DNA from: Sphingobium sp. SCG-1
GTDB taxonomy: Bacteria; Pseudomonadota; Alphaproteobacteria; Sphingomonadales; Sphingomonadaceae
Assembly: GCF_002953135.1 (NCBI RefSeq)
Contig: NZ_CP026372.1
Span: forward strand, 3,086,669 to 3,118,668
DNA length: 32,000 bases
Direction of reading: 5' to 3'
In this document: positions 25,402-32,000 of the stretch, piece after piece
How positions within the stretch are numbered: position 1 is the stretch's first letter
How the letters are laid out: the number at the start of each line of letters is the position of its first letter
The notes under the pieces: generated by a model
The model's database searches: none
Told to the model about the DNA's origin: nothing
What the model saw: only the letters and a program-made list of their open reading frames with translations
Program-made: the position numbers and the translations under genes

Positions 25402-26835
25402 ATGGATCGTATGCCCTCATTGGGGGGCCATTTCATCGACTTAACGCATGCCTTGCTTGCGATCGCTACGCGCGCTCAGCATGAAGTGATGCTGTTCGCC
25501 GCCATCGGATTGACGATTGGTGGCCTGGACGAACTGGCGATCGACATCGCATATATCGTGCGATCGATTTGGCGACGGTTAGCCGTGTATAGCCGACATG
25601 ACGTCATGACGACGGCCACTCTGCCGCTGCCGCAACGGCCCGGACGCATGGCTGTGTTCGTTCCAGCCTGGCATGAAGCCGACGTGATTGGCGCGATGTT
25701 GTGGACAGCACTGCAAAAATGGGGCGAGGGAACCTATCGGATCTTCGTCGGCACGTATCCGAACGACAGCGAGACCATGGCGCAGGTTGCTGCGTTGGCG
25801 AAACATGATCCTAGAATAGTCATTATCGTAAATACCCGCGACGGACCGACGACCAAAGCAGATTGCCTCAATGTGCTCTGGGCGGCCATGCTTCGGGAGG
25901 AAGTTGCGGAAGGGGCCGACTTCAAAGCCATCGTGTTGCACGATGCCGAAGATGTCGTGCATCCTGACGAACTACGGCTTCTGGACCGCATGATCGACCG
26001 CTTTGATCTGGTGCAGATTCCGGTGGTTCCGCTGCGCAGTCAGCAATCACAATGGGTCTCCGGTCATTATGGCGACGAATTCGCGGAATCACACGGCAAA
26101 TATCTGGTGGTGCGGGAAGCCCTGGGCGCGGCGGTGCCTTCCGCTGGCGTCGGCTGCGCGATACGTCGGGATGCACTTGCGGCGTTGGCAGAGCACCAGG
26201 GCAGCCGTCCTTTCGATGCGCAATCGCTGACAGAAGATTATGAACTTGGACTGCGCCTCAGTGAGCGCGGTTGCAGGGGCGTGTTCGTGCGCATGAACGA
26301 TGCGAAGGGCCAACCAGTGTGCAGCCGGGGTCATTTCCCCGAGACGCTGACGGACGCCGTACGGCAAAAGGCGCGATGGACGGTGGGCATCTCTCTATCG
26401 GGCTGGGATCGGCTTGGCTGGTACGGGGGGCCAGTCGAGCGGTGGATGCGGCTGCGGGATCGCGCTGCCGCGCTGTCGGCACTGGTCCTCTTTGCTGCGT
26501 ATCTCGGCGGTGTCGGCTGGGCCGCAATCTGGTTGATCCAGCTATGGGGCGGTCCGTCGGCTGCTCCAGTGCCGCCGCTACTCGCCAGATTGCTGGCGTT
26601 CACGTCCTTGCTGATGGCTTGGCGGCTGGCCGTGCGTGCGTGGTTCGTCGGGCGCGCCTATGGATGGCGGCAGGCCCTGCTCTCTATCCCGCGCACACTC
26701 GTAGCCAATCTTATCGCCATCTTGGCCGCGCGGCGGGCATTGGGCGCCTATATTCGGCTGCTCCGCGGTGCTCCCCTGATTTGGGACAAGACCCGCCATA
26801 GATTTCCAGACGCCGCGCCGGGCGAAGCACATTGA
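25402..26835 (+). CDS. membrane-embedded family-2 glycosyltransferase, NfrB-like putative polysaccharide synthase
   Basis: 477 aa. The N-terminal TM reads ...GGLDELAIDIAYIVR, followed by VFVPAWHEADVIG, FVGTYPNDSET, VLHDAEDVVHPDEL (DxD-like) and the processive-GT2 Q-x-x-R-W motif (QKARW). There are three C-terminal TM helices. It resembles the GT part of E. coli NfrB and has no C-terminal cytoplasmic (MshEN-type) domain. Confidence 0.82.
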   Translation: MDRMPSLGGHFIDLTHALLAIATRAQHEVMLFAAIGLTIGGLDELAIDIAYIVRSIWRRLAVYSRHDVMTTATLPLPQRPGRMAVFVPAWHEADVIGAMLWTALQKWGEGTYRIFVGTYPNDSETMAQVAALAKHDPRIVIIVNTRDGPTTKADCLNVLWAAMLREEVAEGADFKAIVLHDAEDVVHPDELRLLDRMIDRFDLVQIPVVPLRSQQSQWVSGHYGDEFAESHGKYLVVREALGAAVPSAGVGCAIRRDALAALAEHQGSRPFDAQSLTEDYELGLRLSERGCRGVFVRMNDAKGQPVCSRGHFPETLTDAVRQKARWTVGISLSGWDRLGWYGGPVERWMRLRDRAAALSALVLFAAYLGGVGWAAIWLIQLWGGPSAAPVPPLLARLLAFTSLLMAWRLAVRAWFVGRAYGWRQALLSIPRTLVANLIAILAARRALGAYIRLLRGAPLIWDKTRHRFPDAAPGEAH

Positions 26836-27869
26836 TCGGCGCGCACGCCAAAGGGAGACCGCTCCGGTTCCTTCTTGTCGTGCTGCTTTGCTGGACCGCC
26901 GGACGTGTCGCCATCTCACAGGATTGGTCGGCGCAATCGCTTCTTGTAGGCGGCCCCGCAAAAGACCGCAAACTGGGCAGCGTCGTGGACGCCATGCCTA
27001 TGTTAGTGGCATCTTTAATCAGGAGAGAGGCCCGCCCGCCCGCGACAATATGGCCGTTTCAAAAGCATTCTTCCGCTACGCGCTTCCCTAATACTCAGGC
27101 ACTTTCAGTTGCTGGATCGTCAGCGGTCCAATTCACCGGCGTGGCAAATGGCAAGCGTGATAAAGATGTTCCCTCGCTCGAACGATCGTCATTATCAAGC
27201 GCTCCCCTGATGCCCGAATGGCCGTCAACTGGTCGCTGGTCACTCAGCACATGGATCTTCTGGCGAGGTTCAGGCACGGGAAACAGCCTTGCATCGGTGG
27301 GCCAACTCGGCGGATCGCAAGCAGGTGCGCGGCTGGCGTTCCAGCTCTTTCCCGATGCACCCGAGCGGCTGGCGGTTTATGCGCGCATGACCTCCGCCAT
27401 GAAGCGTCCCCACGCGCCGGAAGCAGCCATTGGAATATCCATTCAGCCCGCCGTCCAAGTGCCGGTGCGTGTTGCCGTCGAGCGGCGCATTGCGTTGGAT
27501 CATGACGCCCGCAACGCGATGGCGGTCATGGCCGTGGGGGGCTTCGGGCCAGTCCTTGTCACGAACCGCTTCACGTTGGAAGGATATGGACAAGCGGGTG
27601 TCGTTGGCATCCGTAGCCGTGACGCATTCGCCGATGGGAAGCTGAGCCTCCAGCACCCCCTGTCCGTCTCTCTCCCCATCACTGCTGGCATCAGCGTTTC
27701 AGGTGGCGCGCAGCCGCAAGTTGCACGGCTTGATATCGGCCCACAAGTGGAGGCGCGGTTCAGGATCGGAGCGCAACGCGCACGCCTTTCCGCCGAATGG
27801 CGGCAGCGGGTCGCGGGCAACGCACGGCCAGGATCAGGGCCAGCCATCACTCTGGCTGCGGATTTTTGA
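26832..27869 (+). CDS. hypothetical protein: N-terminal hydrophobic anchor or signal + C-terminal predicted beta-barrel ending in Phe
   Basis: 345 aa. The TTG start overlaps the GT2 stop (aTTGA) and is uncertain. The hydrophobic segment is LRFLLVVLLCWTAGRVAI. From about residue 135 there are alternating amphipathic strands (RWSLSTWIFWRG, GARLAFQLF, LAVYARMTSA, AAIGISIQP, VRVAVERRIAL, FTLEGYGQAGVVG, KLSLQHPL, RLDIGPQVEARFRIG, RLSAEWRQRVAG). The C-terminal ...AITLAADF is typical of an OMP terminus. Confidence 0.55.
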   Translation: MIGAHAKGRPLRFLLVVLLCWTAGRVAISQDWSAQSLLVGGPAKDRKLGSVVDAMPMLVASLIRREARPPATIWPFQKHSSATRFPNTQALSVAGSSAVQFTGVANGKRDKDVPSLERSSLSSAPLMPEWPSTGRWSLSTWIFWRGSGTGNSLASVGQLGGSQAGARLAFQLFPDAPERLAVYARMTSAMKRPHAPEAAIGISIQPAVQVPVRVAVERRIALDHDARNAMAVMAVGGFGPVLVTNRFTLEGYGQAGVVGIRSRDAFADGKLSLQHPLSVSLPITAGISVSGGAQPQVARLDIGPQVEARFRIGAQRARLSAEWRQRVAGNARPGSGPAITLAADF

Positions 27870-27925
27870 AGGCACGCCTCTAGCGCCTTTATGTCGCCGC
27901 GCTTTAGGGCTAGGCGGGAAGCCCG

Positions 27926-28840
27926 ATGGACATCTATCTGCCCATAGCCAATCTGTCCGTGAACGCGCTGGTGATTATCGGCCTTGGCGGAGTGGTCGGC
28001 CTGTTGTCAGGCATGTTCGGCGTAGGCGGCGGGTTTTTGACGACGCCACTGCTGATCTTCTACGGCATACCTCCCACAGTCGCGGCCGCCTCCGCTGCGA
28101 CGCAGGTGACGGGCGCAAGTGTATCGGGAGTCTTTACGCATCTAGCGCGCAAGACAGTGGACGTGCAGATGGGCGCGGTCCTGGTCGTCGGCGGTATCGT
28201 CGGCGCGCTGATCGGTGCGGTGCTGTTCCGGTTGCTGCAACAGGTCGGGCAGATCGATACAGTGATCGCGATCCTTTACGTCCTGATGCTGGGTTCCATC
28301 GGATCATTGATGGCGCGCGAATCCATCCAGTCGCTGATCGCGCTACGAAAGGGGGCAAGCCTGCCCGCCCGGAAGCGGCGGCATCATCCACTGGTCGCGG
28401 CATTGCCGATGCGCTGGCGCTTCTATCGATCCGGGCTTTACATCTCGCCGCTCGCGCCGCTGTTGCTTGGCGTGGCGACCGGCATATTGACGATGTTATT
28501 GGGCGTCGGCGGCGGTTTCATCATGGTGCCCGCGATGCTTTATCTGCTGGGCATGACCACGCAGGTCGTTGTGGGCACGTCGCTGTTCCAAATCCTGTTC
28601 GTCACAATGGTGACGACCATGGTACACAGCCTCACGACAAAGGCCGTCGACCTCGTGCTGGCGCTGCTGCTGCTGATCGGCAGCGTCGTTGGAGCGCAGG
28701 TGGGTACGCGCATTTCCATGGCGGCGCGCCCGGAATATCTGCGCATCATTTTGTCCGCCATCGTCCTTGCGATCGCGATCCGGATGGCGTTGGGGCTTGG
28801 CTGGCGGCCGGACGAAATCTTCACGGTGCAGCTGAAATGA
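27926..28840 (+). CDS. TauE/SafE (DUF81) family anion exporter-like membrane protein
   Basis: 304 aa: ...GLLSGMFGVGGGFLTTPLLIFYGIP... and a second repeat ...TMLLGVGGGFIMVPAMLYLLGM.... This is the typical two-repeat TauE signature. Confidence 0.88.
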   Translation: MDIYLPIANLSVNALVIIGLGGVVGLLSGMFGVGGGFLTTPLLIFYGIPPTVAAASAATQVTGASVSGVFTHLARKTVDVQMGAVLVVGGIVGALIGAVLFRLLQQVGQIDTVIAILYVLMLGSIGSLMARESIQSLIALRKGASLPARKRRHHPLVAALPMRWRFYRSGLYISPLAPLLLGVATGILTMLLGVGGGFIMVPAMLYLLGMTTQVVVGTSLFQILFVTMVTTMVHSLTTKAVDLVLALLLLIGSVVGAQVGTRISMAARPEYLRIILSAIVLAIAIRMALGLGWRPDEIFTVQLK

Positions 28841-29601
28841 CGAAGCCTGCGCGCCTCGCTCTGTGGCTCCTGCTGCCGCTGATGCTTGGCGGAGCGAAGG
28901 CGCCGATGCTGGTGCCGGACGTGTCGCAGCGCGAAGTGGAAATACAGTACAGCTTTACCGGCGCCGAACTGCTGCTGTTCGGTGCGATCGTATATCCGGA
29001 CGGGCGCGCGCCGGATACGACCGCCGACATTGTCGTGGTGTTGAAAGGTCCGGATCAGTCGATCACGATGCGTGAGAAACAGAAGGTTGCAGGCGTCTGG
29101 GTCAATGCCGACAGCGCCCGCTTCCGGTCTGCGCCAAGCTTTTACGCGATGGCATCCTCGCGACCGATTGCCAGGATCGTCGATGATCGCACCGCCGCCA
29201 TTTTCGAGATGGGGTTGGACAAGCTCCAGCTATCCCCCGCCTCGCTCAACAACAGTGCGGAACTGGACCGGTTTCAGGCCGGACTCGTGGACCTGCGCCG
29301 CCGCACCGGGTTGTTCGTGGAGCGACCCGGCACAGTCGAGATCACCGACGGCGTGCTGTATCGCGCGCGCCTGCCGCTGCCTGCGCGCGTGATCGTGGGC
29401 GACTATACCGCTGAGACGTTCCTGGTGCAGAACGGCCGCGTCGTCGCTGCCGCCACCCGCGATGTCGTTGTCCGCAAATCCGGGTTCGAGCGCTTCATTG
29501 CACAAGCGGCGGAGAACTGGTCGTTCCTCTACGGCCTGGTCGCAATCGCCATGGCAGTGGGGATGGGCTGGGCCGCAGGGGCCATTGCACGGCGAGTCTG
29601 A
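28837..29601 (+). CDS. TIGR02186 / Alph_Pro_TM family putative transmembrane protein
   Basis: The last 254 codons of ORF 27703..29601, from the ATG at 28837 (ATGA overlap with the tauE-like stop). MTKPARLALWLLLPLMLGGA is a signal, followed by ...EIQYSFTGAELLLFGAI...VVLKGP....REK.KVAGVWVN... and a C-terminal TM (FLYGLVAIAMAVGMGWAAGAI). The pairing with a DUF81 gene is the arrangement I recall for this alphaproteobacteria-restricted family. Confidence 0.78.
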   Translation: MTKPARLALWLLLPLMLGGAKAPMLVPDVSQREVEIQYSFTGAELLLFGAIVYPDGRAPDTTADIVVVLKGPDQSITMREKQKVAGVWVNADSARFRSAPSFYAMASSRPIARIVDDRTAAIFEMGLDKLQLSPASLNNSAELDRFQAGLVDLRRRTGLFVERPGTVEITDGVLYRARLPLPARVIVGDYTAETFLVQNGRVVAAATRDVVVRKSGFERFIAQAAENWSFLYGLVAIAMAVGMGWAAGAIARRV

Positions 29602-29690
29602 TGTTACGCTAAGGGAATGTTTACCGGTACTGCTTACCTCGAAAACTGCCGCATTTCGTGAAATGTGCGCGACGAGATTTGAGGGGCGGT

Positions 29691-31352
29691 ATGAACAGCA
29701 TCACAGGCGCAGGTCCATTTGAACAGGCCATGCAGCAGGCCGGCGCATCCGCAGCGGGCCCGTCCATGGGGCTGGTGTTCCAGATCGCAGGGTCCAGTTC
29801 GCAACTGCTGCTGGAAACCGCCTGCCTTGCCGAATACAGCCACGATCCCGATCCTTCCATCGCCATGGCCGGACAGGTCGGCAGTCAGGTCAAGATGCGG
29901 GTGGGAAGCAGTTGGCTGGTCGCCAATGTCCGCTCCATGGTTCTCGATCGCCATGACCCCAGCAAGATCATCGCCGACATCGATTTCCTGGGCGAGGGCG
30001 CAGAAGAGCGGCTGACAGGCAAGATTTATGGCTTCCGTCGCGGCGTCACTCGCTATCCGACGCCCGGCACCGATGTCTATCCCGTCTCCAGTACGGAGAT
30101 GAACCAGATCTATGCCGCCGACGAGCGCCCCAATGTGCAGATTGGCATGGTGTATCCTACCAAGACCACACGCGCTGCGCTGTATGTCGACTCAATGCTG
30201 GGCAAACATTTCGCGCTGCTCGGTTCCACCGGCACCGGCAAGTCCACCAGCGCTTCGCTGATCCTGCACCGCATCTGCGATCTCGCGCCGCAGGGGCATA
30301 TCGTCATGGTCGATCCACATGGCGAATATTCCGCCGCGTTCCGCACCAATGGCGCGATCTTCGACGTCAACAACCTTGCCCTGCCCTATTGGTTGATGAA
30401 CTTTGAGGAACATTGCGAAGTGTTCGTCACGTCGGAGGGATCGGACCGGACGCTGGACAGCGATATTCTGGCCAAGTGCCTGCTGGCGGCGCGCAGTAAG
30501 AACAGACTGGCGGAGACGACTGGACGGCTGACGGTGGATTCGCCGATCCCCTATCTGCTGTCCGACCTCACCAACATCCTGCAGAACGAAATGGGGAAGC
30601 TGGACAAAGGCACCAATTCGCTGCCCTATATGCGGCTGAAGACCAAGATCGACGAGATCAAGGGCGATCCGCGTTACAGCTTCATGTTCTCCGGCATGTT
30701 GGTCGCGGATACGATGCAGGACTTCCTTGCCAAAATCTTCCGCCTGCCCTCCGAAGGCAAGCCGATCTCGATCATCGACGTGTCCGCAATGCCGTCCGAC
30801 ATCGTGTCGGTTGTGGTATCCGTGCTGGCGCGCCTAGTATTCGATTACGCCATATGGGCGCGCAACGAGCCGCAACGACCGATCCTGCTCGTCTGCGAAG
30901 AAGCGCATCGCTACATCCCTAGCAGCACGATCGGCAGCGGTCAGGCAGTCCGCAAGATACTGGAGCGGATCGCCAAAGAAGGCCGCAAATACGGCGTTTC
31001 GCTGGGCCTGATAACACAGCGGCCTTCCGACTTGGCTGAAGGCGTGCTCTCCCAGTGCGGCACCATAATCGCCATGCGCCTTAACAACGACCGCGATCAG
31101 GCGTTCGTGAAAGCGGCAATGCCCGAAGGCGCGCGTGGGTTCCTCGATTCCATTCCGGCGCTCCGCAACCGTGAGTGCATCATCTGCGGCGAAGGTGTGG
31201 CGGTACCGATCCGGGTGGCGCTCGACGAATTGGAAGAACATCGCCGGCCCGCTTCGAGCGATCCGAGTTTCATTACGCAATGGCGGGAAACCGGGGGCGA
31301 GCAGGAGATACTGGAACGCACCGTCACCCGCTGGCGTAATCAGGGGCGGTAA
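29691..31352 (+). CDS. HerA-like (DUF87/COG0433, FtsK-HerA superfamily) ATPase
   Basis: ORF 29658 (GTG) trimmed to the ATG at 29691 (GAGGGG upstream). It has an N-terminal HAS-barrel-like region, Walker A LLGSTGTGKST, Walker B ILLVCEEAHRYIP and GLITQRPSDL....IIAMRLNN, typical of HerA-type ATPases. Confidence 0.88.
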   Translation: MNSITGAGPFEQAMQQAGASAAGPSMGLVFQIAGSSSQLLLETACLAEYSHDPDPSIAMAGQVGSQVKMRVGSSWLVANVRSMVLDRHDPSKIIADIDFLGEGAEERLTGKIYGFRRGVTRYPTPGTDVYPVSSTEMNQIYAADERPNVQIGMVYPTKTTRAALYVDSMLGKHFALLGSTGTGKSTSASLILHRICDLAPQGHIVMVDPHGEYSAAFRTNGAIFDVNNLALPYWLMNFEEHCEVFVTSEGSDRTLDSDILAKCLLAARSKNRLAETTGRLTVDSPIPYLLSDLTNILQNEMGKLDKGTNSLPYMRLKTKIDEIKGDPRYSFMFSGMLVADTMQDFLAKIFRLPSEGKPISIIDVSAMPSDIVSVVVSVLARLVFDYAIWARNEPQRPILLVCEEAHRYIPSSTIGSGQAVRKILERIAKEGRKYGVSLGLITQRPSDLAEGVLSQCGTIIAMRLNNDRDQAFVKAAMPEGARGFLDSIPALRNRECIICGEGVAVPIRVALDELEEHRRPASSDPSFITQWRETGGEQEILERTVTRWRNQGR

Positions 31353-31357
31353 AGCAA

Positions 31358-32000
31358 CTAACCCGTCGGCGCCATCCGGCCAGTTGGCTCCGTGGCGGCA
31401 TTGGTTTGTTCCCGGCATTCCTCCTCGTCCGGCGGCACCATCAACTTGGTGTTGCGCCAGCCGCCGTGCAGATAAAAGGCGCCCGCAAGCGCGAGGGATG
31501 TCAGTGATCCAACTGGAAAGCTCAGCCAGATCGCATCCGCACCCAGAGCGGGATAAGCGAGATGATAAAAGCCCAGCCGCATAGGGTACAGAGCAAGGAT
31601 CAGGATAAGCAGCGGCGCGAACACCACGCCATTGGACCGCATCGTTCCGAACAGCACCATCGTCAGGCCGAACAGCATGAAACTCCAGCTTGCAAGGAAC
31701 TGCATATGGCGCGCCACATCGATCGCAGCGCTGTTGCTGCCCAGAAACAGCGCGAGGACCGGTCGGTCGAAAGCCAGCATCAGTCCAATTAGCGAACCAG
31801 TCATCACGACATTGAACAGCATACCACGCCACGTAATGCCGTTTACACGATCCCAACGGCCTGCGCCGATATTCTGTGCGGCCATGGCGCTGACGGCCGC
31901 GCCGATCGCCATGGCGGGCATCTGAAGGTAGGTCCAAAGTTGTTGCGCGGCTCCGTATGCCGCCGAGGTCATTAGACCTTCCCGATTGACGAGGCCGATC
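31358..32000 (-). CDS. MATE family efflux transporter, C-terminal part (gene continues past the right edge)
   Basis: The reading frame is open to the window edge (...IGLVNREGLMTSAAYGAAQQLWTYLQMPAMAIGAAVSAMAAQNIGAGRWDRV...). The hydrophobic polytopic pattern is typical of NorM/MATE C-terminal halves. Its stop lies 5 nt from the HerA-like stop. Confidence 0.85.
   Translation of the reverse strand, partial: IGLVNREGLMTSAAYGAAQQLWTYLQMPAMAIGAAVSAMAAQNIGAGRWDRVNGITWRGMLFNVVMTGSLIGLMLAFDRPVLALFLGSNSAAIDVARHMQFLASWSFMLFGLTMVLFGTMRSNGVVFAPLLILILALYPMRLGFYHLAYPALGADAIWLSFPVGSLTSLALAGAFYLHGGWRNTKLMVPPDEEECREQTNAATEPTGRMAPTG

Noticed and set aside
27703-28836. N-terminal 378 codons of the 632-aa ORF 27703..29601
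   Set aside because: This part overlaps the TauE-family gene out of frame and translates to Arg/Gly/Asp-rich nonsense. Only the segment from the ATG at 28837 (signal peptide, TIGR02186 pattern) is credible.
30834-31937. 367-aa minus-strand ORF across the HerA-like gene and MATE gene; also 21747..22550 and 21544..22272 opposite sucC/etfB
   Set aside because: These are shadow ORFs overlapping strongly supported genes, with no recognisable domains and a biased composition.
1-32000. Search by eye for CRISPR arrays, tRNA/rRNA genes, IS elements, integrases and long inverted or direct repeats
   Set aside because: I found no regularly spaced repeats, no tRNA-like T-arm contexts outside coding regions, and no transposase or integrase-like translations. 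This absence is based on visual inspection only and should be confirmed with tRNAscan-SE, ISEScan and a CRISPR finder.

Overview
This is a 32-kb chromosomal segment from a high-GC alphaproteobacterium. It is most likely a member of the Sphingomonadales, inferred from a GTTC-N7-GTTC SOS box at recA, an SdrG-type PFxFATGG single-domain response regulator, a CckA-like hybrid kinase and a TIGR02186/Alph_Pro_TM protein. There are about 30 protein genes and nearly all are housekeeping. In order they are: partial GST, recA, a response regulator plus hybrid kinase, DUF2062-smpB-dapA, a lytic transglycosylase, greB, PPK2 / small protein / PhoD, a redoxin-like::2OG-Fe(II) oxygenase fusion, an exported M1 aminopeptidase, a cspA-family gene among very small ORFs, sucC (no sucD), etfBA and nhaA. 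These are followed by a co-directional block (NfrB-like GT2 synthase, predicted beta-barrel protein, TauE, TIGR02186 protein, HerA-like ATPase) and a partial MATE gene. I saw no rRNA, tRNA, CRISPR array, transposase or integrase. The one clearly accessory piece is a low-GC insert of about 1.4 kb (roughly 12.35-13.8 kb) between phoD and the oxygenase gene. It carries two translationally coupled genes: a DUF5343-type protein followed by a Swt1-like HEPN (R-x4-H) predicted RNase. This is my best candidate for an uncharacterised toxin-antitoxin or defence-type two-gene system. All calls rest on reading translations, motifs and hairpins by eye. No database search or folding program was run, and family names come from memory of their sequence patterns.
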